From contig OZ059894.1 of the NCBI GenBank assembly GCA_964057225.1, positions 22,506,001 through 22,570,000 on the forward strand: DNA of 64,000 bases, read 5' to 3'. Made by a program: the position numbers and the translations under genes. The stretch is from Auanema rhodensis. Taxonomy: Eukaryota > Animalia > Nematoda. The notes under the pieces were generated by a model. That model was not told the DNA's origin. It saw only the letters and a program-made list of their open reading frames with translations, and ran no database searches. The stretch's first letter is position 1. Every line of letters starts with the position of its first letter. Of the stretch, positions 1 through 11,232 are shown piece by piece.

Positions 1-21
1 GTCAAAATGTTTTTGGAAGCA

Positions 22-49
22 ATGTTGAGTGTACATGGAAACTCAACAT
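22..49. other. Inverted repeat 1 (recurs once per monomer): 9-bp arms, 10-nt spacer
   Basis: ATGTTGAGT (22-30) / ACTCAACAT (41-49) are perfect reverse complements; 8 bp in p.22T copies. Confidence 0.9.
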
Positions 50-132
50 ACACTAATGCATCATTTTTCAAACGATCATAACTAATTTTTGTATTAAGCG
101 TTTCTCAATGTAGTATAGTGCATTCGATGCGG

Positions 133-183
133 ATTTTTAAGCTGCGTCGATCTGTGTTATCAGATTTGCGCTAGCTTAAAAAT
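133..183. other. Inverted repeat 2 (recurs once per monomer): long imperfect hairpin
   Basis: ATTTTTAAGCT (133-143) / AGCTTAAAAAT (173-183), 11 bp perfect. Then GCG (144-146)/CGC (169-171) and ATCTG (150-154)/CAGAT (161-165) close a 6-nt loop. Confidence 0.9.
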
Positions 184-200
184 GCACCGAGATATCAACT

Positions 201-222
201 GATATAAGTTCACACTTATATC
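201..222. other. Inverted repeat 3 (recurs once per monomer): 9-bp stem, 4-nt loop
   Basis: GATATAAGT (201-209) / ACTTATATC (214-222), loop TCAC. CGAG (188-191)/CTCG (223-226) can extend it past a bulge. Confidence 0.9.
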
Positions 223-296
223 CTCGATTTTCACCCTGAAGAATTAATTTTTTCGTTGAATAACATTGTCCATCGTCTTTGCCTTGAAAAATGAAA

Positions 297-368
297 TCTA
301 AAAACATCTACTTTTTGCTAAATTATTTTGAAATTTTTCGAAAAAATTTTTGTCAAAATGTTTTTGGA
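297..368. other. Inverted repeat 4 spanning the arbitrary monomer junction, centred on a 12-bp perfect palindrome
   Basis: TTTTTCGAAAAA (334-345) is palindromic. It is flanked by ATTTTGA (325-331)/TCAAAAT (353-359) and by TCTAAAAACAT (297-307)/ATGTTTTTGGA (358-368, one G-T pair). Confidence 0.85.
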
Positions 369-3300
369 AGCATTGTTGAGTGTACATGGAAACTCAACAT
401 ACACTAATGCATCATTTTTCAAACGATCATAACTAATTTTTGTATCAAGCGTTTCTCAATGTAGTTTAGTGCATTCGATGCGGATTTTTAAGCTGCGTCG
501 ATCTGTGTTATCAGATTTGCGCTAGCTTAAAAATGCACCGAGATATCAACTGATATAAGTTCACACTTATATCCTCGATTTTCACCCTGAAGAATTAATT
601 TTTTCGTTGAATAACATTGTCCATCGTCTTTGCCTTGAATAAAGGAATCTAAAAACATCTACTTTTTGCTAAATTATTTTGAAATTTTTCGAAAAAATTT
701 TTGTCAAAATGTTTTTGGAAGCAATGTTGAGTGTACATGGAAACTCAACATACACTAATGCATCATTTTTCAAACGATCATAACTAATTTTTGTGTTAAG
801 CGTTTCTCAATGTAGTATAGTGCATTCGATGCGGATTTTTAAGCTGCGTCGATCTGTGTTATCAGATTTGCGCTAGCTTAAAAATGCACCGAGATATCAA
901 CTGATATAAGTTCACACTTATATCCTCGATTTTCACCCTGAAGGAATAATTTTTTCGTTGAATAACATTGTCCATCGTCTTTGCCTTGAAAAAAGGAATC
1001 TAAAAACATCTACTTTTTGCTAAATTATTTTGAAATTTTTCGAAAAAATTTTTGTCAAAATGTTTTTGGAAGCATTGTTGAGTGTACATGGAAACTCAAC
1101 ATACACTAATGCATCATTTTTCAAACGATCATAACTAATTTTTGTGTTAAGCGTTTCTCAATGTAGTATAGTGCATTCGATGCGGATTTTTAAGCTGCGT
1201 CGATCTGTGTTATCAGATTTGCGCTAGCTTAAAAATGCACCGAGATATCAACTGATATAAGTTCACACTTATATCCTCGATTTTCACCCTGAAGGAATAA
1301 TTTTTTCGTTGAATAACATTGTCCATCGTCTTTGCCTTGAAAAAAGGAATCTAAAAACATCTACTTTTTGCTAAATTATTTTGAAATTTTTCGAAAAAAT
1401 TTTTGTCAAAATGTTTTTGGAAGCATTGTTGAGTGTACATGGAAACTCAACATACACTAATGCATCATTTTTCAAACGATCATAACTAATTTTTGTATTA
1501 AGCGTTTCTCAATGTAGTATAGTGCATTCGATGCGGATTTTTAAGCTGCGTCGATCTCTGTTATCAGATTTGCGCTAGCTTAAAAATGCACCGAGATATC
1601 AACTGATATAAGTTCACACTTATATCCTCGATTTTCACCCTGAAGAATTAATTTTTTCGTTGAATAACATTGTCCATCGTCTTTGCCTTGAAAAAAGGAA
1701 TCTAAAAACATCTACTTTTTGCTAAATTATTTTGAAATTTTTCGAAAAAATTTTTGTCAAAATGTTTTTGGAAGCAATGTTGAGTGTACATGGAAACTCA
1801 ACATACACTAATGCATCATTTTTCAAACGATCATAACTAATTTTTGTATTAAGCGTTTCTCAATGTAGTATAGTGCATTCGATGCGGATTTTTAAGCTGC
1901 GTCGATCTGTGTTATCAGATTTGCGCTAGCTTAAAAATGCACCGAGATATCAACTGATATAAGTTCACACTTATATCCTCGATTTTCACCCTGAAGAATT
2001 AATTTTTTCGTTGAATAACATTGTCCATCGTCTTTGCCTTGAAAAATGAAATCTAAAAACATCTACTTTTTGCTAAATTATTTTGAAATTTTTCGAAAAA
2101 ATTTTTGTCAAAATGTTTTTGGAAGCATTGTTGAGTGTACATGGAAACTCAACATACACTAATGCATCATTTTTCAAACGATCATAACTAATTTTTGTAT
2201 TAAGCGTTTCTCAATGTAGTATAGTGCATTCGATGCGGATTTTTAAGCTGCGTCGTTCTGTGTTATCAGATTTGCGCTAGCTTAAAAATGCACCGAGATA
2301 TCAACTGATATAAGTTCACACTTATATCCTCGATTTTCACCCTGAAGAATTAATTTTTTCGTTGAATAACATTGTCCATCGTCTTTGCCTTGAAAAATGG
2401 AATCTAAAAACATCTACTTTTTGCTAAATTATTTTGAAATTTTTCGAAAAACTTTTTGTCAAAATGTTTTTGGAAGCAATGTTGAGTGTACATGGAAACT
2501 CAACATACACTAATGCATCATTTTTCAAACGATCATAACTAATTTTTGTATTAAGCGTTTCTCAATGTAGTATAGTGCATTCGATGCGGATTTTTAAGCT
2601 GCGTCGATCTGTGTTATCAGATTTGCGCTAGCTTAAAAATGCACCGAGATATCAACTGATATAAGTTCACACTTATATCCTCGATTTTCACCCTGAAGAA
2701 TTAATTTTTTCGTTGAATAACATTGTCCATCGTCTTTGCCTTGAAAAATGAAATCTAAAAACATCTACTTTTTGCTAAATTATTTTGAAATTTTTCGAAA
2801 AAATTTTTGTCAAAATGTTTTTGGAAGCATTGTTGAGTGTACATGGAAACTCAACATACACTAATGCATCATTTTTCAAACGATCATAACTAATTTTTGT
2901 ATCAAGCGTTTCTCAATGTAGTTTAGTGCATTCGATGCGGATGTTTAAGCTGCGTCGATCTGTGTTATCAGATTTGCGCTAGCTTAAAAATGCACCGAGA
3001 TATCAACTGATATAAGTTCACACTTATATCCTCGATTTTCACCCTGAAGGAATAATTTTTTCGTTGAATAACATTGTCCATCGTCTTTGCCTTGAAAAAA
3101 GGAATCTAAAAACATCTACTTTTTGCTAAATTATTTTGAAATTTTTCGAAAAAATTTTTGTCAAAATGTTTTTGGAAGCAATGTTGAGTGTACATGGAAA
3201 CTCAACATACACTAATGCATCATTTTTCAAACGATCATAACTAATTTTTGTATTAAGCGTTTCTCAATGTAGTATAGTGCATTCGATGCGGATTTTTAAG

Positions 3301-5265
3301 CTGCGTCGATCTGTGTTATCAGATTTGCGCTAGCTTAAAAATGCACCGAGATATCAACTGATATAAGTTCACACTTATATCCTCGATTTTCACCCTGAAG
3401 AATTAATTTTTTCGTTGAATAACATTGTCCATCGTCTTTGCCTTGAAAAATGAAATCTAAAAACATCTACTTTTTGCTAAATTATTTTGAAATTTTTCGA
3501 AAAAATTTTTGTCAAAATGTTTTTGGAAGCATTGTTGAGTGTACATGGAAACTCAACATACACTAATGCATCATTTTTCAAACGATCATAACTAATTTTT
3601 GTATCAAGCGTTTCTCAATGTAGTTTAGTGCATTCGATGCGGATTTTTAAGCTGCGTCGATCTGTGTTATCAGATTTGCGCTAGCTTAAAAATGCACTGA
3701 GATATCAACTGATATAAGTTCACACTTATATCCTCGATTTTCACCCTGAAGAATTAATTTTTTCGTTGAATAACATTGTCCATCGTCTTTGCCTTGAAAA
3801 ATGAAATCTAAAAACATCTACTTTTTGCTAAATTATTTTGAAATTTTTCGAAAAAATTTTTGTCAAAATGTTTTTGGAAGCATTGTTGAGTGTACATGGA
3901 AACTCAACATACACTAATGCATCATTTTTCAAACGATCATAACTAATTTTTGTATCAAGCGTTTCTCAATGTAGTTTAGTGCATTCGATGCGGATTTTTA
4001 AGCTGCGTCGATCTGTGTTATCAGATTTGCGCTAGCTTAAAAATGCACCGAGATATCAACTGATATAAGTTCACACTTATATCCTCGATTTTCACCCTGA
4101 AGAATTAATTTTTTCGTTGAATAACATTGTCCATCGTCTTTGCCTTGAAAAAAGGAATCTAAAAACATCTACTTTTTGCTAAATTATTTTGAAATTTTTC
4201 GAAAAAATTTTTGTCAAAATGTTTTTGGAAGCAATGTTGAGTGTACATGGAAACTCAACATACACTAATGCATCATTTTTCAAACGATCATAACTAATTT
4301 TTGTATTAAGCGTTTCTCAATGTAGTATAGTGCATTCGATGCGGATTTTTAAGCTGCGTCGATCTGTGTTATCAGATTTGCGCTAGCTTAAAAATGCACC
4401 GAGATATCAACTGATATAAGTTCACACTTATATCCTCGATTTTCACCCTGAAGAATTAATTTTTTCGTTGAATAACATTGTCCATCGTCTTTGCCTTGAA
4501 AAATGAAATCTAAAAACATCTACTTTTTGCTAAATTATTTTGAAATTTTTCGAAAAAATTTTTGTCAAAATGTTTTTGGAAGCATTGTTGAGTGTACATG
4601 GAAACTCAACATACACTAATGCATCATTTTTCAAACGATCATAACTAATTTTTGTATCAAGCGTTTCTCAATGTAGTTTAGTGCATTCGATGCGGATTTT
4701 TAAGCTGCGTCGATCTGTGTTATCAGATTTGCGCTAGCTTAAAAATGCACCGAGATATCAACTGATATAAGTTCACACTTATATCCTCGATTTTCACCCT
4801 GAAGAATTAATTTTTTCGTTGAATAACATTGTCCATCGTCTTTGCCTTGAATAAAGGAATCTAAAAACATCTACTTTTTGCTAAATTATTTTGAAATTTT
4901 TCGAAAAAATTTTTGTCAAAATGTTTTTGGAAGCAATGTTGAGTGTACATGGAAACTCAACATACACTAATGCATCATTTTTCAAACGATCATAACTAAT
5001 TTTTGTATTAAGCGTTTCTCAATGTAGTATAGTGCATTCGATGCGGATTTTTAAGCTGCGTCGATCTGTGTTATCAGATTTGCGCTAGCTTAAAAATGCA
5101 CCGAGATATCAACTGATATAAGTTCACACTTATATCCTCGATTTTCACCCTGAAGAATTAATTTTTTCGTTGAATAACATTGTCCATCGTCTTTGCCTTG
5201 AAAAAAGGAATCTAAAAACATCTACTTTTTGCTAAATTATTTTGAAATTTTTCGAAAAAATTTTT

Positions 5266-8200
5266 GTCAAAATGTTTTTGGAAGCATTGTTGAGTGTACA
5301 TGGAAACTCAACATACACTAATGCATCATTTTTCAAACGATCATAACTAATTTTTGTATCAAGCGTTTCTCAATGTAGTTTAGTGCATTCGATGCGGATT
5401 TTTAAGCTGCGTCGATCTGTGTTATCAGATTTGCGCTAGCTTAAAAATGCACCGAGATATCAACTGATATAAGTTCACACTTATATCCTCGATTTTCACC
5501 CTGAAGGAATAATTTTTTCGTTGAATAACATTGTCCATCGTCTTTGCCTTGAAAAAAGGAATCTAAAAACATCTACTTTTTGCTAAATTATTTTGAAATT
5601 TTTCGAAAAAATTTTTGTCAAAATGTTTTTGGAAGCATTGTTGAGTGTACATGGAAACTCAACATACACTAATGCATCATTTTTCAAACGATCATAACTA
5701 ATTTTTGTATTAAGCGTTTCTCAATGTAGTATAGTGCATTCGATGCGGATTTTTCAGCTGCGTCGATCTCTGTTATCAGATTTGCGCTAGCTTAAAAATG
5801 CACCGAGATATCAACTGATATAAGTTCACACTTATATCCTCGATTTTCACCCTGAAGGAATAATTTTTTCGTTGAATAACATTGTCCATCGTCTTTGCCT
5901 TGAAAAAAGGAATCTAAAAACATCTACTTTTTGCTAAATTATTTTGAAATTTTTCGAAAAAATTTTTGTCAAAATGTTTTTGGAAGCAATGTTGAGTGTA
6001 CATGGAAACTCAACATACACTAATGCATCATTTTTCAAACGATCATAACTAATTTTTGTGTTAAGCGTTTCTCAATGTAGTATAGTGCATTCGATGCGGA
6101 TTTTTAAGCTGCGTCGATCTGTGTTATCAGATTTGCGCTAGCTTAAAAATGCACCGAGATATCAACTGATATAAGTTCACACATATATCCTCGATTTTCA
6201 CCCTGAAGGAATAATTTTTTCGTTGAATAACATTGTCCATCGTCTTTGCCTTGAAAAAAGGAATCTAAAAACATCTACTTTTTGCTAAATTATTTTGAAA
6301 TTTTTCGAAAAAATTTTTGTCAAAATGTTTTTGGAAGCATTGTTGAGTGTACATGGAAACTCAACATACACTAATGCATCATTTTTCAAACGATCATAAC
6401 TATTTTTTGTATTAAGCGTTTCTCAATGTAGTATAGTGCATTCGATGCGGATTTTTAAGCTGCGTCGATCTCTGTTATCAGATTTGCGCTAGCTTAAAAA
6501 TGCACCGAGATATCAACTGATATAAGTTCACACTTATATCCTCGATTTTCACCCTGAAGAATTAATTTTTTCGTTGAATAACATTGTCCATCGTCTTTGC
6601 CTTGAAAAATGGAATCTAAAAACATCTACTTTTTGCTAAATTATTTTGAAATTTTTCGAAAAAATTTTTGTCAAAATGTTTTTGGAAGCATTGTTGAGTG
6701 TACATGGAAACTTAACATACACTAATGCATCATTTTTCAAACGATCATAACTAATTTTTGTATCAAGCGTTTCTCAATGTAGTTTAGTGCATTCGATGCG
6801 GATTTTTAAGCTGCGTCGATCTGTGTTATCAGATTTGCGCTAGCTTAAAAATGCACCGAGATATCAACTGATATAAGTTCACACTTATATCCTCGATTTT
6901 CACCCTGAAGGAATAATTTTTTCGTTGAATAACACTGTCCATCGTCTTTGCCTTGAAAAAAGGAATCTAAAAACATCTACTTTTTGCTAAATTATTTTGA
7001 AATTTTTCGAAAAAATTTTTGTCAAAATGTTTTTGGAAGCATTGTTGAGTGTACATGGAAACTCAACATACACTAATGCATCATTTTTCCAACGATCATA
7101 ACTAATTTTTGTATTAAGCGTTTCTCAATGTAGTATAGTGCATTCGATGCGGATTTTTAAGCTGCGTCGATCTCTGTTATCAGATTTGCGCTAGCTTAAA
7201 AATGCACCGAGATATCAACTGATATAAGTTCACACTTATATCCTCGATTTTCACCCTGAAGAATTAATTTTTTCGTTGAATAACATTGTCCATCGTCTTT
7301 GCCTTGAAAAATGGAATCTAAAAACATCTACTTTTTGCTAAATTATTTTGAAATTTTTCGAAAAAATTTTTGTCAAAATGTTTTTGGAAGCATTGTTGAG
7401 TGTACATGGAAACTTAACATACACTAATGCATCATTTTTCAAACGATCATAACTAATTTTTGTATCAAGCGTTTCTCAATGTAGTTTAGTGCATTCGATG
7501 CGGATTTTTAAGCTGCGTCGATCTGTGTTATCAGATTTGCGCTAGCTTAAAAATGCACCGAGATATCAACTGATATAAGTTCACACTTATATCCTCGATT
7601 TTCACCCTGAAGGAATAATTTTTTCGTTGAATAACACTGTCCATCGTCTTTGCCTTGAAAAAAGGAATCTAAAAACATCTACTTTTTGCTAAATTATTTT
7701 GAAATTTTTCGAAAAAATTTTTGTCAAAATGTTTTTGGAAGCATTGTTGAGTGTACATGGAAACTCAACATACACTAATGCATCATTTTTCCAACGATCA
7801 TAACTAATTTTTGTATTAAGCGTTTCTCAATGTAGTATAGTGCATTCGATGCGGATTTTTAAGCTGCGTCGATCTCTGTTATCAGATTTGCGCTAGCTTA
7901 AAAATGCACCGAGATATCAACTGATATAAGTTCACACTTATATCCTCGATTTTCACCCTGAAGGAATAATTTTTTCGTTGAATAACATTGTCCATCGTCT
8001 TTGCCTTGAAAAAAGGAATCTAAAAACATCTACTTTTTGCTAAATTATTTTGAAATTTTTCGAAAAAATTTTTGTCAAAATGTTTTTGGAAGCAATGTTG
8101 AGTGTACATGGAAACTCAACATACACTAATGCATCATTTTTCAAACGATCATAACTAATTTTTGTATTAAGCGTTTCTCAATGTAGTATGGTGCATTCGA

Positions 8201-11200
8201 TGCGGATTTTTAAGCTGCGTCGATCTCTGTTATCAGATTTGCGCTAGCTTAAAAATGCACCGAGATATCAACTGATATAAGTTCACACTTATATCCTCGA
8301 TTTTCACCCTGAAGAATTAATTTTTTCGTTGAATAACATTGTCCATCGTCTTTGCCTTGAATAAAGGAATCTAAAAACATCTACTTTTTGCTAAATTATT
8401 TTGAAATTTTTCGAAAAAATTTTTGTCAAAATGTTTTTGGAAGCAATGTTGAGTGTACATGGAAACTCAACATACACTAATGCATCATTTTTCAAACGAT
8501 CATAACTAATTTTTGTATTAAGCGTTTCTCAATGTAGTAGAGTGCATTCGATGCGGATTTTTAAGCTGCGTCGATCTGTGTTATCAGATTTGCGCTAGCT
8601 TAAAAATGCACCGAGATATCAACTGATATAAGTTCACACTTATATCCTCGATTTTCACCCTGAAGAATTAATTTTTTCGTTGAATAACATTGTCCATCGT
8701 CTTTGCCTTGAAAAATGAAATCTAAAAACATCTACTTTTTGCTAAATTATTTTGAAATTTTTCGAAAAAATTTTTGTCAAAATGTTTTTGGAAGCATTGT
8801 TGAGTGTACATGGAAACTCAACATACACTAATGCATCATTTTTCAAACGATCATAACTAATTTTTGTATCAAGCGTTTCTCAATGTAGTTTAGTGCATTC
8901 GATGCGGATTTTTAAGCTGCGTCGATCTGTGTTATCAGATTTGCGCTAGCTTAAAAATGCACCGAGATATCAACTGATATAAGTTCACACTTATATCCTC
9001 GATTTTCACCCTGAAGGAATAATTTTTTCGTTGAATAACATTGTCCATCGTCTTTGCCTTGAAAAAAGGAATCTAAAAACATCTACTTTTTGCTAAATCA
9101 TTTTGAAATTTTTCGAAAAAATTTTTGTCAAAATGTTTTTGGAAGCATTGTTGAGTGTACATGGAAACTCAACATACACTAATGCATCATTTTTCAAACG
9201 ATCATAACTAATTTTTGTATTAAGCGTTTCTCAATGTAGTATAGTGCATTCGATGCGGATTTTTCAGCTGCGTCGATCTCTGTTATCAGATTTGCGCTAG
9301 CTTAAAAATGCACCGAGATATCAACTGATATAAGTTCACACTTATATCCTCGATTTTCACCCTGAAGGAATAATTTTTTCGTTGAATAACATTGTCCATC
9401 GTCTTTGCCTTGAAAAAAGGAATCTAAAAACATCTACTTTTTGCTAAATTATTTTGAAATTTTTCGAAAAAATTTTTGTCAAAATGTTTTTGGAAGCAAT
9501 GTTGAGTGTACATGGAAACTCAACATACACTAATGCATCATTTTTCAAACGATCATAACTAATTTTTGTGTTAAGCGTTTCTCAATGTAGTATAGTGCAT
9601 TCGATGCGGATTTTTAAGCTGCGTCGATCTGTGTTATCAGATTTGCGCTAGCTTAAAAATGCACCGAGATATCAACTGATATAAGTTCACACATATATCC
9701 TCGATTTTCACCCTGAAGGAATAATTTTTTCGTTGAATAACATTGTCCATCGTCTTTGCCTTGAAAAAAGGAATCTAAAAACATCTACTTTTTGCTAAAT
9801 TATTTTGAAATTTTTCGAAAAAATTTTTGTCAAAATGTTTTTGGAAGCATTGTTGAGTGTACATGGAAACTCAACATACACTAATGCATCATTTTTCAAA
9901 CGATCATAACTATTTTTTGTATTAAGCGTTTCTCAATGTAGTATAGTGCATTCGATGCGGATTTTTAAGCTGCGTCGATCTCTGTTATCAGATTTGCGCT
10001 AGCTTAAAAATGCACCGAGATATCAACTGATATAAGTTCACACTTATATCCTCGATTTTCACCCTGAAGAATTAATTTTTTCGTTGAATAACATTGTCCA
10101 TCGTCTTTGCCTTGAAAAATGGAATCTAAAAACATCTACTTTTTGCTAAATTATTTTGAAATTTTTCGAAAAAATTTTTGTCAAAATGTTTTTGGAAGCA
10201 TTGTTGAGTGTACATGGAAACTTAACATACACTAATGCATCATTTTTCAAACGATCATAACTAATTTTTGTATCAAGCGTTTCTCAATGTAGTTTAGTGC
10301 ATTCGATGCGGATTTTTAAGCTGCGTCGATCTGTGTTATCAGATTTGCGCTAGCTTAAAAATGCACCGAGATATCAACTGATATAAGTTCACACTTATAT
10401 CCTCGATTTTCACCCTGAAGGAATAATTTTTTCGTTGAATAACACTGTCCATCGTCTTTGCCTTGAAAAAAGGAATCTAAAAACATCTACTTTTTGCTAA
10501 ATTATTTTGAAATTTTTCGAAAAAATTTTTGTCAAAATGTTTTTGGAAGCATTGTTGAGTGTACATGGAAACTCAACATACACTAATGCATCATTTTTCC
10601 AACGATCATAACTAATTTTTGTATTAAGCGTTTCTCAATGTAGTATAGTGCATTCGATGCGGATTTTTAAGCTGCGTCGATCTCTGTTATCAGATTTGCG
10701 CTAGCTTAAAAATGCACCGAGATATCAACTGATATAAGTTCACACTTATATCCTCGATTTTCACCCTGAAGGAATAATTTTTTCGTTGAATAACATTGTC
10801 CATCGTCTTTGCCTTGAAAAAAGGAATCTAAAAACATCTACTTTTTGCTAAATTATTTTGAAATTTTTCGAAAAAATTTTTGTCAAAATGTTTTTGGAAG
10901 CAATGTTGAGTGTACATGGAAACTCAACATACACTAATGCATCATTTTTCAAACGATCATAACTAATTTTTGTATTAAGCGTTTCTCAATGTAGTATGGT
11001 GCATTCGATGCGGATTTTTAAGCTGCGTCGATCTCTGTTATCAGATTTGCGCTAGCTTAAAAATGCACCGAGATATCAACTGATATAAGTTCACACTTAT
11101 ATCCTCGATTTTCACCCTGAAGAATTAATTTTTTCGTTGAATAACATTGTCCATCGTCTTTGCCTTGAATAAAGGAATCTAAAAACATCTACTTTTTGCT

Positions 11201-11232
11201 AAATTATTTTGAAATTTTTCGAAAAAATTTTT
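5266..11232 (+). repeat. Local higher-order duplication M16-M32 (8-mer period, with a nested 2-mer duplication in the first copy)
   Basis: Rare variants recur: p.139C 5755/9265; p.216A 6183/9693 (3510 apart); p.44T 6713/7415/10223; p.70C 7090/7792/10600; p.117G 8190/10998 (2808 apart). Confidence 0.88.

Larger units (their letters stand above)
1..351 (+). repeat. Representative monomer M1 (351 bp, ~31% GC, A/T-tract rich)
   Basis: Hand count: 109 G+C of 351. Common polymorphic sites: p.22 A/T, p.85 A/T, p.95 T/C, p.115 A/T, p.154 G/C, p.242+244 (GAATT/GGAAT), p.264, p.266, p.275, p.289, p.292-294. Confidence 0.97.

Noticed and set aside
201-231. Rho-independent terminator or promoter calls from hairpin plus T-tracts or TATAA-like words
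   Set aside because: There is no gene context, and such motifs are expected in a 69% AT repeat.
251-267. CENP-B box-like TTTCGTTGAATAACATT
   Set aside because: Matches only the TTCG and A of the core and lacks the CGGG half (5 of 9 core positions).
132-294. Tri-allelic sites (p.132, 170, 216, 294) as mutation hotspots
   Set aside because: With roughly 55-60 distinct mutations over 351 sites, about 4-5 coincidences are expected by chance.
1-351. 5S rRNA, tRNA, snRNA or spliced-leader tandem gene unit
   Set aside because: I recognise no conserved RNA-gene sequence, cloverleaf or Pol III A/B box, and the GC is too low and uniform. An Rfam/Infernal search would be the formal test.
1-351. Internal ~175-bp dimer or ~117-bp trimer substructure
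   Set aside because: Only short matches such as AAAATG at p.4 and p.179 and AATGCA at p.55 and p.181; no extended alignment visible by eye.
1-351. Assignment to a named ~350-360 bp insect satellite family
   Set aside because: Only length and AT-richness are similar; I cannot confirm sequence homology without a search.
291-407. Short ORFs, e.g. MKSKNIYFLLNYFEIFRKNFCQ... (38 aa, 291-407) and MFLEAMLSVHG... (24 aa, 7-81)
   Set aside because: Lengths expected by chance. The first ATG depends on the polymorphic p.292. No recognisable motif or coding signature.
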